From Methanomassiliicoccales archaeon (GTDB taxonomy: Archaea; Thermoplasmatota; Thermoplasmata; Methanomassiliicoccales; JACIVX01): a stretch of 64,000 bases of DNA. The translations under genes were made by a program, and so were the position numbers. Positions 1 to 8,811 of the stretch are shown piece by piece. Positions within the stretch are counted from its first letter, which is position 1. The number at the start of each line of letters is the position of its first letter. Location: positions 8,544-72,543 of the forward strand of contig JARYLV010000001.1 in assembly GCA_029907465.1 (NCBI GenBank), read 5' to 3'. A model generated the notes under the pieces. It was not told where the DNA came from. It saw only the letters and a program-made list of their open reading frames with translations, and did no database searches.

Positions 1-566
1 AGCTTCTTTAGGACCCACGCCATATTTTTGCCGAGCGTCTTGAGGGTCTCTATGCCTTCTTTGTCGTTCAGGATATCCCCTGGCTTCGTGGCAGTCGCAA
101 CGTTCCAATAGCTAGATCCCACCACAATCCACTGGCCGATAAGGAAGAAGTAATTTAGATCAGAGAACGTTGCTAGCGCTCCTGCCCTCCTCTGCACAGC
201 GATGCCAGCGCCTACTTTCCGTTTGAACATATCTCCATTGACCCTTGACACAAAACCGACGCGGTCAATAAACGCCTTCATCTGGGATGTCACATTGCCG
301 AAATAAACCGGGGATCCAAGAACCATCCCATCGGCTTCTTTTATCATTTCAATGTATTTGTTGATATTATCTGTGTCAATTACACACTTCCCGTCCTTGT
401 TCTTGAAACAAGCGTTGCACGCGTTGCACGCTTCAATCCTTTCGCTCCCGAGCTGTATCAACTCTGTTTCAATCCCTTCGCTCCTCAGCTCTGCGAGAAC
501 GGTTTCCAGTGCATGATACGTGTTGCCATTTTTCCTTGGACTTCCGTTGAACGCAATTACCTTCAT
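1..566 (-). CDS. Iron-sulfur flavoprotein (Isf) / NADPH-dependent FMN reductase family, C-terminus cut by window edge
   Basis: Absent from the ORF track because it runs off the window. Reverse translation from ATG at 566-564 gives MKVIAFNGSPRKNGNTYHALE..., a flavodoxin-like N-terminus, plus the compact motif CNACNACFKNKDGKC (Cx2Cx2Cx7C) typical of archaeal Isf proteins. Confidence 0.75.
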   Translation of the reverse strand, partial: MKVIAFNGSPRKNGNTYHALETVLAELRSEGIETELIQLGSERIEACNACNACFKNKDGKCVIDTDNINKYIEMIKEADGMVLGSPVYFGNVTSQMKAFIDRVGFVSRVNGDMFKRKVGAGIAVQRRAGALATFSDLNYFFLIGQWIVVGSSYWNVATATKPGDILNDKEGIETLKTLGKNMAWVLKK

Positions 567-626
567 CCAATCACCTACAACCGATCAATTTCCTGAGAGC
601 AGATTACATTGGGAGATAATAATTTC

Positions 627-658
627 TTCCTCGCGAGGTCACCTCTTCTGGCGAGGAA
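627..658. promoter_or_regulatory. Nested palindrome in a divergent intergenic region (possible operator)
   Basis: TTCCTCGC (627-634) and GCGAGGAA (651-658) are reverse complements. They enclose the palindrome GAGGTcACCTC (635-645). The site lies between divergent starts at 566 (-) and 794 (+). Confidence 0.2.
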
Positions 659-793
659 CACCCAAAAAGGGAGATGAAGCGTTTAAAAGAAATCAACCAT
701 GAAACTTTAAAATCGTCAAAGTCATTCCACCAGATTGGCGACTAAGAAGAGAAAATATGCCAGTAGTCGCAAAGGGGTACAAAGGAGGAGAAT

Positions 794-988
794 ATGCAAC
801 TCTATTTGAGAATGATCCAAGACAATGCGACGGGAAAAGGTGTCATCGAAATTCTTGAGCAGAGGACCATCACTTGCAGGGCGAGAATAGGACTGATCAC
901 ATATGACAATGAGGAACAGAAGAAATTCTTTGTGGACGCGCTTCTTGAAGGGGGAAAGTACGGCTCGGTAATCCCCCTTTCGAAATGA
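794..988 (+). CDS. Small hypothetical protein (64 aa), tandem paralog A
   Basis: ATG is preceded by AAAGGAGGAG. I counted 35 of 62 aligned residues identical to the next ORF by manual alignment. I recognise no family. Confidence 0.55.
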   Translation: MQLYLRMIQDNATGKGVIEILEQRTITCRARIGLITYDNEEQKKFFVDALLEGGKYGSVIPLSK

Positions 989-1002
989 GATGAGGTGAAA
1001 GA

Positions 1003-1191
1003 ATGAAGCTACAATTGAGAATCGTTCAGGACGAGAAGACTGGAAAGGGCGTAATCGAAATCATCGAAGACAGGAGCCCCATGATCAAAGCGATCATTGG
1101 CTACATTTCGTTCGATGATGAAAATAAGAAAAAATTCTTTATCGACGCCCTCCTCAAGGGCGGGAAGTTCGGAGAAGTGGTTCAAGTCTGA
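1003..1191 (+). CDS. Small hypothetical protein (62 aa), tandem paralog B
   Basis: ATG is preceded by GAGGTGA. Shared blocks with paralog A are TGKGVIEI and KKFFxDALLxGGK. Conservation between the two copies argues both are real coding sequences. Confidence 0.55.
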   Translation: MKLQLRIVQDEKTGKGVIEIIEDRSPMIKAIIGYISFDDENKKKFFIDALLKGGKFGEVVQV

Positions 1192-1353
1192 ACTCGGGGA
1201 TGAACAGAAAAGGACAGCTTGTCAGATTTGGCATCAGAGGATCATACATCGAAGACTAACTAAACATCTATCAAAACCCGTCCCGCTTTCGCTAATGATT
1301 TCTGGCTTCGCCATCAATTTCAACGATCTCTCCGTCCGCAATTGAGACATGTA

Positions 1354-2196
1354 TTACGGCTTATAGGCCACGATATGATCGTTCGCAATTGCGAGGAAGG
1401 CTTCTGCCACGACTTGTTCGTCGAGCGCTTCCTTGCCGAGCCGTTTTGCTTCGTCGATCACCGTTCTCGCGAGTGAGACCGCTTCGTCAGCCGTGTAAAT
1501 TCGGCGATCCGTCACCCTCACGTCAACGAAGCCAGCCGCTTCAATCATCGAGAGATATTCACTCTCAGGAATTGCACCTGAAACACAGGCACTCCAGAGC
1601 TCAAGACTCTCTCTTGCCTCAGATGGGAGGTCACCGATGAGAACCCTGTCCGAGATCGCAAGCTTCCCCCCAGATTTGAGGACTCTGAACGCCTCGCGAA
1701 AGACTTTTTCTTTGTCTGTCACTAAATTGATCACGCAATTGCTTATTATTACATCAACGGAGCTATCCTCAACGGGAAGATTCTCTATGAGCCCTTTTCT
1801 GAATTCAACGTTCGATAGTCCCAATGATTTCGCCACTTTATTCGCTTTTGCGACCATTTCGTCCGTTGCATCGATCCCGATGACCTTCCCTTTGTGACCA
1901 ACTTTCTGCGAGGCGAGCAACACGTCAAGTCCAGCACCGCTACCGAGATCAAGAACAACTTGACCGGGCTTGAGCTCTGCGATCGCGACGGGGTTTCCGC
2001 ATGCACAATTTGATTCCTTCACCTCTTCTGGCACTGAAGCCAATTCCTCTTCTGAATAGATCTTGATAATCTCTCTTGTCCCTGCAGAGGAATCGCAACA
2101 TGATTTTCCTTCGACCGCAACTCTAGAATACCGATTAATGACGGCGGTCTGTATTGAACTGTTTTTTCCACCTCGCTCCTTGAAATCATCAACCAT
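1354..2196 (-). CDS. arsM: Arsenite S-adenosylmethionine methyltransferase-like (ArsM family)
   Basis: SAM-binding VLDLGSGAGLDV, cysteine pairs SCCDS and NCACGNP, and ISNCVINL. The ORF track extends to 2421. GGAGGTG sits 8-9 nt upstream of the internal ATG at 2196 and homology begins just after it, so I prefer the shorter form. Confidence 0.8.
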   Translation of the reverse strand: MVDDFKERGGKNSSIQTAVINRYSRVAVEGKSCCDSSAGTREIIKIYSEEELASVPEEVKESNCACGNPVAIAELKPGQVVLDLGSGAGLDVLLASQKVGHKGKVIGIDATDEMVAKANKVAKSLGLSNVEFRKGLIENLPVEDSSVDVIISNCVINLVTDKEKVFREAFRVLKSGGKLAISDRVLIGDLPSEARESLELWSACVSGAIPESEYLSMIEAAGFVDVRVTDRRIYTADEAVSLARTVIDEAKRLGKEALDEQVVAEAFLAIANDHIVAYKP

Positions 2197-2539
2197 TAAT
2201 TCAACACCTCCACTGCCAATTAATGCAAAGATTAGGACGACGGGATAAGAGGTTAAAACATCTAGAAACCGTAGAGCGATAGCATTTTTCCATGCGGATG
2301 CGAATAACCCCGTCTCTCTCATAAATTTTGTCCCGAGAGTAGAAGAGAATGGACTAAAATTTTCGGAAAAGTAACAACTAATGGAATCAATTGGCTGAGT
2401 CGCAAAGATATGTAATGACATTTTTACAATTCTCCCATGAAATAGGCAAGTTAAAAAAAGCTATGAGAACTTGCTTTTGCAATCCCAGTGTTTCCGCCGG
2501 ATCAAGAAAAATAATAAATAGTTTTGATTTGATGTCAGT

Positions 2540-2562
2540 AACACGAATATCTAATTCGTATT
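2540..2562 (+). promoter_or_regulatory. Inverted repeat immediately upstream of the cbiM/nikM ribosome-binding site
   Basis: AACACGAAT-atcta-ATTCGTATT, with 8 of 9 arm positions complementary. It ends 3 nt before the GGAGGA that precedes ATG 2579. Confidence 0.3.
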
Positions 2563-2578
2563 ATGGAGGAAAGAAAAA

Positions 2579-3238
2579 ATGCACATTCCTGACGGGCTCA
2601 TGGCGCCCGAGATCCTTGCAGTTGGGTGGGCGATCGCACTCGCAACCATCGCGTTTTCAATCTTCAAGGTGAATAAAAAGATCGATGAAAAGACTGTCCC
2701 TCTGATGGCGATCCTTGCAGCAGGGATTTTTGTCGCACAGATGCTCAACTTTCCTATCTTTGGGGGGACGACTGGTCACCTCATTGGGGCTGCACTTGCT
2801 GCGGTGTTAGTCGGCCCATACGCGGCCGTGATTATCCTGACCGTTATCCTATTGATCCAATGCTTTGTCTTCGGAGACGGCGGACTTACGGCGTTAGGTC
2901 TCAATCTCACGAATATGGCCGTCATCGGCACCTTTGTCGCCTGGGGCACCTACAAACTCTTTCCCGTAAAGTTGGAGAAGGTTGGCGTCATTGCAGCCGC
3001 GTGGGCATCGATCTTCGTGGCAGCATTCGCCTGTGCGCTTGAACTTGCAGCGAGTTTTAGTATCTCAGGTGGTGCGTACGGTATTGAGGCCGCGATTTCA
3101 CTCCCTTCGATGCTAGGATATCACGCGGTCATTGGGATTGGCGAGGGGATCATCACCGGTGCAATCTTCCTCTACCTGGCAAAAGTCGCGCCTGAGATCA
3201 TAAAAACGAGAAAACCAGCTGAGGAGGTGACAACGTGA
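2579..3238 (+). CDS. cbiM: ECF-type cobalt/nickel transporter substrate-capture subunit CbiM/NikM
   Basis: N-terminus MHIPDGLMAPE (metal-binding N-terminal His motif). The protein is a polytopic membrane protein and is followed by N-like, Q and O subunits. Confidence 0.9.
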   Translation: MHIPDGLMAPEILAVGWAIALATIAFSIFKVNKKIDEKTVPLMAILAAGIFVAQMLNFPIFGGTTGHLIGAALAAVLVGPYAAVIILTVILLIQCFVFGDGGLTALGLNLTNMAVIGTFVAWGTYKLFPVKLEKVGVIAAAWASIFVAAFACALELAASFSISGGAYGIEAAISLPSMLGYHAVIGIGEGIITGAIFLYLAKVAPEIIKTRKPAEEVTT

Positions 3239-3525
3239 CCGAGAAGACCCTGCTGAAGGCGATCGTCGGCATCATCATTCTCTTCGCAGTTGGGCTCGTA
3301 TTTTACTTCATCTTTTCCGCCCCATACGGGGACGGGCTCGAAAAGACGATGGAAAATGCGGGCGTGGAAGAGGGGGAACCAGTTTATCACGCTCCCTTTG
3401 ATTACGGCGAGGACTACGTGACAGCTTTCTTCGCTGGCCTCTTAGGCTTCGCCCTTGTCTTCGGCGTCTCGTATGCCTATTTCAAGATTGCTGGAAAAAA
3501 GAAGGAGAGTAAGGAAACGAAATGA
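3235..3525 (+). CDS. PDGLE-domain small membrane subunit (CbiN-like accessory component)
   Basis: GTG start overlaps the cbiM stop (GTGA) and is preceded by GAGGAGG. Two TM segments flank a YGDGLE motif (PDGLE-type). Confidence 0.7.
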   Translation: MTEKTLLKAIVGIIILFAVGLVFYFIFSAPYGDGLEKTMENAGVEEGEPVYHAPFDYGEDYVTAFFAGLLGFALVFGVSYAYFKIAGKKKESKETK

Positions 3526-4256
3526 AGCATCATGAAATCGATCAGTACGCGAAACAGTCGCCGCTCTGCAACTTCGATCCGAGGGTGAAGATCGCAAGTA
3601 CAGTCATCTTCATCATCTCGATTGCCCTCCTCCGGGAACTAACCCCATTGGTCATTTCCCTTCTTTTTCTCCTCCTCGTTGTGGCGGCCTCCCGTATCCC
3701 TCCGATCCACATCGTGAAATCCTACGCCATGGCGCTTCCATTCATCGTGTTCGCCTCCCTTACGATGTGGTACTCCTCAGGTCCCGAGGAGGCTGCCGCA
3801 ATGTTCCTTCGGATCACAGATTCAGTTTTCGCACTTATCCTTCTTGTCTCCACAACACCGTTCTTCGAATTCCTAAAGGCGCTCCGTTGGTTTAAGGTCC
3901 CAGCGATCATCATTTCACTCCTCCTCTTTACATACCGGTTCATCTTCGTTTTTATTGATGAACTCGAAAGGATGAAGCTGGCGCGGGAGGCGCGTGGCTT
4001 CAACGGGGGAAAGAGTCTTCTGCACGTTGAGGCACTCCGCACAATCGCTTACACGGCGGGGATGATCCTTGTACGATCACACAGCAGAGCGAACAATATT
4101 TATTCCGCCTTGCTTTCTCGTGGCTACACGGGTGAGGTGAGGACACTGAGCCGTCTGAGGGCGAGACCACGTGACGCGGTCTTCGCTGTAGCGTTCATCG
4201 GCACGTCCGTAATGTCCCTCTTCATCCAGGCCGGTGTGATCGTTTGGACGCTTTGA
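3522..4256 (+). CDS. cbiQ: ECF transporter transmembrane (T) component CbiQ
   Basis: ATGA overlap with the upstream gene. Multi-TM protein with an ARGF-type coupling-helix region (LAREARGFNG). Confidence 0.85.
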   Translation: MKHHEIDQYAKQSPLCNFDPRVKIASTVIFIISIALLRELTPLVISLLFLLLVVAASRIPPIHIVKSYAMALPFIVFASLTMWYSSGPEEAAAMFLRITDSVFALILLVSTTPFFEFLKALRWFKVPAIIISLLLFTYRFIFVFIDELERMKLAREARGFNGGKSLLHVEALRTIAYTAGMILVRSHSRANNIYSALLSRGYTGEVRTLSRLRARPRDAVFAVAFIGTSVMSLFIQAGVIVWTL

Positions 4257-5068
4257 AACTCGTGAACGTTTCGTACACCTATGCCGACGGTATACAGGCA
4301 TTAGAAAATGTATCGCTGACGATTTCAGAAGGGGAGAGAGTCGCAATTGTAGGTCCTAACGGTGCTGGAAAGAGTACACTGCTCCGGATCCTTGCTGGCT
4401 TGTATTTTCCAAATGCCGGGAACGTGGAAATAATGGGTGCGACACTCTCGAAGAAGAACGCTGAGCACTTGAGGAAATACATCGGCTTCTTGTTCCAAGA
4501 CCCAGATGACCAGATCTTCATGCCGACCGTGTGGGACGATGTCGCCTTTGGGCCGATCAACTTGGGCTTGCACGAAGAGGAGGTAAAGAAGAGGGTGGGA
4601 GAAGCGATGAAAATGGCCGGCATCGAGGGGTACGAAGAGAGAGTGCCGCACCATCTGAGCTATGGCGAGAAGAAAAGAGTTGCAATCGCTGGGGTGCTTG
4701 CAATGGGGGCACCGATCCTCCTTCTCGATGAACCCACGGCGAACCTTGACCCCCAGGGAAGGAGGGATCTCGTCAATATTCTTGACTCGGTTTCTCAGAC
4801 GGTTGTACTGGCCACGCATGACCTTTCTGTCGCATTCGAACTGACGAACAGGGTGATCGTGTTGAGAAAGTCAGTAATCTTTGACGGCAGACCGTCAGAA
4901 CTCGTCGAAAGGCCAGATGTCCTCACGAGTGCTAATCTCGAATTACCATCGATGCTCAGGCTAATGGATCGGTGGCGCCGCACGACCAACAGGAAATTCC
5001 GCCTCCCATTGACGGTCGATGAAGCGCTAGGCATTATCGATGAGGAGTGCCGCAAGAATAGAAATTGA
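4244..5068 (+). CDS. cbiO: ECF transporter ATP-binding subunit CbiO
   Basis: Walker A GPNGAGKST, signature LSYGEKKR, Walker B LLLDEP. The TTG start overlaps the end of cbiQ. Confidence 0.9.
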   Translation: MDALKLVNVSYTYADGIQALENVSLTISEGERVAIVGPNGAGKSTLLRILAGLYFPNAGNVEIMGATLSKKNAEHLRKYIGFLFQDPDDQIFMPTVWDDVAFGPINLGLHEEEVKKRVGEAMKMAGIEGYEERVPHHLSYGEKKRVAIAGVLAMGAPILLLDEPTANLDPQGRRDLVNILDSVSQTVVLATHDLSVAFELTNRVIVLRKSVIFDGRPSELVERPDVLTSANLELPSMLRLMDRWRRTTNRKFRLPLTVDEALGIIDEECRKNRN

Positions 5069-5096
5069 TAGAGATAAGGTGTTGCAATTCATTTTT

Positions 5097-5891
5097 TCAA
5101 AACCGGCCTGAGACCCTGCTCTTGATGCTGTGAATAAGACTCTCGAATGTCGCCCTTGGGGGCACCACGTCAACCCTGACCCCAGAGGACTCCAGCATCC
5201 GTCTCGTCGGCTCCCCGATCGCCGCAACGATCGAACGGTCAAGCGCCTCGTTTACAACTTTTTCTGGATACTTTCTCACCGCAGCTTCAAGGAAAACTCT
5301 TGCCGACATGGGGCTCGTGAAGGCAAGAATGTCCAAATCCCCTGCGACCATGGCATCGACAATTTTAGACAAACCTGGGTCTTCAAGATCCGGTACGAGC
5401 GAATAAACGATAGTCTCGGTGACCTCAGCGCGACACTCCCTCAACTTCTCGACAAGCTTTCTCTCTCCCTTATCCGATCGAATAAGGAATATCCTCTTAC
5501 CTTCAATGGACGATGATAATAGCATTTCAATGATGCCTTCTGATGAAAAAATCCTGGGCATCATATCCACGCGAATCCCTATGCCCTCGATCGATTTTGC
5601 CGTCTCGGGGCCGATCGTGACGATGCAAATCCGCTCCAGAGCTTCGATCAATTCGTCCCTTCTACCCCTCTTATCAGCCAGCTCGACCATCGCCCTCGCA
5701 CCGACCGCACTCGTGATAATGACGATGTCGATCTGCCCCAGTATTGCTTGGTGGAGAAATACATCATAATCAGGAGAATCGACGATTCTCACCTTCAACG
5801 GCGAGGCGCAGACCGGCTCAAATCCATGAAATTTCGCAATCTCGACCGCTTCTTCAATCTTTTCTTCTGGCCGCATGATAGCGAGGCGCAT
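5097..5891 (-). CDS. hemD: Uroporphyrinogen-III synthase
   Basis: HEM4-like two-domain sequence at the last position of the hem operon. ATG at 5891 overlaps the cobA TGA (TGATG). The ORF track starts 3 nt earlier at a TTG. Confidence 0.8.
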   Translation of the reverse strand: MRLAIMRPEEKIEEAVEIAKFHGFEPVCASPLKVRIVDSPDYDVFLHQAILGQIDIVIITSAVGARAMVELADKRGRRDELIEALERICIVTIGPETAKSIEGIGIRVDMMPRIFSSEGIIEMLLSSSIEGKRIFLIRSDKGERKLVEKLRECRAEVTETIVYSLVPDLEDPGLSKIVDAMVAGDLDILAFTSPMSARVFLEAAVRKYPEKVVNEALDRSIVAAIGEPTRRMLESSGVRVDVVPPRATFESLIHSIKSRVSGRF

Positions 5892-6643
5892 CAACGCAAA
5901 TCACCAAGGATGTTTCTTAAAGAAACAACATGACCAATGACGATCAGTGCTGGCGGTCTGATCGATTCCCTCCTGCATATCTCTGAGATCTTTGACAACG
6001 AACCAGTGACGACGCGTTCCTCCGCTGTCGCCCCTCTTTCAATGACTGCAACCGGCGTCTCCGGATCGAGCCCCCCGGCAAGAAGTCTTTCTATATTTCG
6101 CTCCATCGCCGAAACCCCCATGAGGATGACGATCGTGCCGCCAATGGAGGAGAGTGCGTCCCAATTGAGAACCTCCTTTTCTTTCTCAGCGCTCTCATGA
6201 CCCGTAACAACAGTGAAGGCCGATGAGTAATCTCGATGCGTGACCGGGATACCCGCAAGCGCAGGGACAGCGATCGCCGAGGTCACACCAGGGATCACGT
6301 GCACATCGATTCCATGCCTTTTCAAAAACTCAGCCTCTTCCCCTCCCCTGCCGAATAAGAAAGGGTCACCGCCTTTCAGCCTGACAACAGTCTTCCCTTC
6401 CTTCGCCTTTTCCAAGAGAATTTCATTGATCACTTTTTGTTCTACAAGATGCTCGCCACCCCTCTTGCTCACATCGATGATCTCCGTCCCTTTTTTCGCG
6501 AAGGAGAGGAGTTCCTTCGGGATCAGGAAATCATGCACGATCACATCCGCCTTCTCGATGACTGCCTTCCCTTTCACCGTGATCAGGCCAGGATCGCCAG
6601 GCCCTGCCCCTACCAGAAAGACTTCCCCTTTCCCGTCACTCAT
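5891..6643 (-). CDS. cobA: Uroporphyrinogen-III C-methyltransferase (SUMT)
   Basis: VFLVGAGPGDPGLITVKG and the rest of the tetrapyrrole methylase fold. ATGA overlap with hemC. Confidence 0.9.
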   Translation of the reverse strand: MSDGKGEVFLVGAGPGDPGLITVKGKAVIEKADVIVHDFLIPKELLSFAKKGTEIIDVSKRGGEHLVEQKVINEILLEKAKEGKTVVRLKGGDPFLFGRGGEEAEFLKRHGIDVHVIPGVTSAIAVPALAGIPVTHRDYSSAFTVVTGHESAEKEKEVLNWDALSSIGGTIVILMGVSAMERNIERLLAGGLDPETPVAVIERGATAEERVVTGSLSKISEICRRESIRPPALIVIGHVVSLRNILGDLR

Positions 6644-7524
6644 CGTCGATCACTTTCCATCCCTTTTCTCAGTTCAGAAACGATACTATCAAGAGCTTGT
6701 GGAATCGTTTCAATTGCGAACGTTCGATCGACCTTCGCCAGTCGCTTACCAAACTCGGTCAATACAACCCCCCTCACCCTCATATGATTGCCATCGACCT
6801 TGGCCCATAGGCCGATTGGAACGGAGCACCCACCGCCGAGTGCCCCCAGGATAAATCGCTCCACATCGACCTCCATCCTTGTCACTGGATCCTCAATAGA
6901 CTTCAACATCTCCTCGTATTCTGAACCCTTCTTGCAAACGACCGCAATCGCGCCCTGTCCGACTGCTGGGATAAATTCTTCTGGGTCCAGCGGGAGAAAA
7001 TGACCCCCAAATCCAATTCGCTCCAACCCTACCCTCGCCATGACGATCGCATCATATTCTCTCGACTCGAGTTTGCGCAGGCGTGTCGTCACATTGCCCC
7101 GCAGATCCTTGATGACAAGGTCGCCCCTCTTGCTCATCAGCAGCGCTTTTCTTCTGATACTCGAAGTCCCAACGACCGAACCAGGGGGAAGTTTTTCCAA
7201 TGGAAGGGGAGGGATAATTACATCCTCGACTGGCCCCCTGGGAAGTACCGCAGCGAGGCAGGTCCCCTCCGTCAACTTAACAGGCATGTCCTTGAGGCTG
7301 TTCACAGCGACATCAATATTCCCATCGAGTATCTCCCTGTCAAGCTCTTTGACGAAGGCACCATATCCACCAAGGGCGCTCAAGGGGCGGTCTCTGATCT
7401 TATCGCCACTCGTGACGATCCTCTTGATATCAACACTAACATCTGGAAACTTCTTCTTAAGGGCGTTAATAAAAATAGAGGTCTGAGCGAGTGCGAGCTT
7501 GCTTCCGCGCGTGCCGACGATCAT
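6640..7524 (-). CDS. hemC: Hydroxymethylbilane synthase (porphobilinogen deaminase)
   Basis: MIVGTRGSKLALAQT N-terminus and GGCSVPIG cofactor-binding cysteine motif. Confidence 0.9.
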   Translation of the reverse strand: MIVGTRGSKLALAQTSIFINALKKKFPDVSVDIKRIVTSGDKIRDRPLSALGGYGAFVKELDREILDGNIDVAVNSLKDMPVKLTEGTCLAAVLPRGPVEDVIIPPLPLEKLPPGSVVGTSSIRRKALLMSKRGDLVIKDLRGNVTTRLRKLESREYDAIVMARVGLERIGFGGHFLPLDPEEFIPAVGQGAIAVVCKKGSEYEEMLKSIEDPVTRMEVDVERFILGALGGGCSVPIGLWAKVDGNHMRVRGVVLTEFGKRLAKVDRTFAIETIPQALDSIVSELRKGMESDRR

Positions 7525-8801
7525 CGTGTAATTTCCCTCAAGACTTCGTCAAATGCGTTCACAGTTCTCTCGATATCATCGTCAGAATGCGCCGTCGACA
7601 GGAAATTCGTTTCGAATTGAGAGGGGGGTAAATAAATACCCTTCTCGAGGAGACCTCTGAACAGCCTGTTGAAGAGCGCAGTATCCGATTTCTTCGCATC
7701 TTCGTAATTGCGTATTGGACCCTTCGTCATGAAGAGCTGGAACATTGAACCTATACCAGCCACGGTGAAATCGAGACGCAAATCATTGACTACACCTTCA
7801 ATCCCCTTCCTGAGCGCTTCACCCCTTCGATTCAACTCCCAATGTCCAATCCTCGCCAGCTCCTTTATCGTCGCGATACCCGCGGCGAGACTCATCGGAT
7901 TCCCGCTAAAAGTGCCCGCCTGGTACACCTTCCCCGTCGGGGAGATCATTGACATAATTTCCTCGGGGCCGCCGAAGATCCCGAGTGGCATACCGCCACC
8001 AGCGATCTTGCCGAGCGTCGTCAAATCAGGCTTGACACCAAAATATTCCTGAGCACCACCCATTGCGAGGCGAAATCCAGTGATGACTTCATCAAAAATC
8101 AGCAAAATCCCTTCGTCGCTCGTCAGTTCCCTGAGGGAGGCAAGGTAATCCTCATCCGGCAAAATTGGTCCTGCGTTCCCGATGACTGGCTCAATAATAA
8201 GAGCGGCGATTTCGTTCTTATTTTCCTTAACGATTTTCTCAACGGCAGGAATGTCATTAAAAGGGGCGAGCAGCGTGTTCTTCGTGACTTCCGCTGGAAT
8301 CCCTAACGAATTCGGCACGCTATGTGTCGTAGCGCCAGAGCCCGCTTTGACAAGTACAGCGTCATGGGCACCATGGAAGGCACCCTCGACCTTGATCACT
8401 TTGTCCCTCCCAGTATATCCACGTGCTAGTCTGAGAACATGCATCGTCGCTTCGGTACCGCTGCTGACAAATCTCACCATCTGAATAGAAGGATAATAGC
8501 GGGAGATCATCTCGGCGAGCTCGATTTCCTTCTCAATCGGAGCTCCGTAGAGCGTTCCGTTCTCTGCTTGTTCCTGGACGGCTTTGACAACAGAGGGGTG
8601 AGCGTGCCCGAGGATCAGTGGACCGAATGCCATGCAATAGTCAATGTATTCATTTCCATCAACGTCCCAGACTCTCGACCCCTTACCCCTCGAAATATAT
8701 ATTGGATAAGGTGCGAACGCCCTCACAGGACTCGAGACGCCACCGGGCATGAGTCTCTTCGCTCGGTCGTAGAGCTCCTTTGATCGACACGTATCCCTCA
8801 T
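7521..8801 (-). CDS. hemL: Glutamate-1-semialdehyde 2,1-aminomutase
   Basis: Class III aminotransferase. LMPGGVSSPVRAF near the N-terminus and a GKIAGGGMP region with the PLP lysine. Confidence 0.92.
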   Translation of the reverse strand: MRDTCRSKELYDRAKRLMPGGVSSPVRAFAPYPIYISRGKGSRVWDVDGNEYIDYCMAFGPLILGHAHPSVVKAVQEQAENGTLYGAPIEKEIELAEMISRYYPSIQMVRFVSSGTEATMHVLRLARGYTGRDKVIKVEGAFHGAHDAVLVKAGSGATTHSVPNSLGIPAEVTKNTLLAPFNDIPAVEKIVKENKNEIAALIIEPVIGNAGPILPDEDYLASLRELTSDEGILLIFDEVITGFRLAMGGAQEYFGVKPDLTTLGKIAGGGMPLGIFGGPEEIMSMISPTGKVYQAGTFSGNPMSLAAGIATIKELARIGHWELNRRGEALRKGIEGVVNDLRLDFTVAGIGSMFQLFMTKGPIRNYEDAKKSDTALFNRLFRGLLEKGIYLPPSQFETNFLSTAHSDDDIERTVNAFDEVLREITR

Positions 8802-8811
8802 CTGGAGAACC

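Noticed and set aside
590-610. A CTGAGA motif reminiscent of the TPP riboswitch core.
   Set aside because: None of the other conserved TPP elements (ACCCTTTGAACCTGATCTGGATAATGCC-like segment, P1-P5 pairing) is present. It also lies in a divergent promoter region, not a 5' UTR of a thiamine gene.
1234-1350. 38-aa minus-strand ORF beginning 3 nt after the arsM stop.
   Set aside because: No RBS other than the arsM coding sequence, no motifs, and no support for translation.
6240-7620. Long plus-strand ORFs (6240-6854, 7000-7620, 7040-7486) antisense to cobA/hemC. Similar shadow ORFs lie opposite other genes, for example 11176-11712, 25918-26499, 38587-39111, 12246-12740 and 44191-44694.
   Set aside because: They overlap strongly motif-supported genes on the other strand. 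Their translations are low-complexity (Ser/Pro/Arg-rich) with no motifs and no RBS, which is typical of antisense frames in moderately GC-rich coding DNA.
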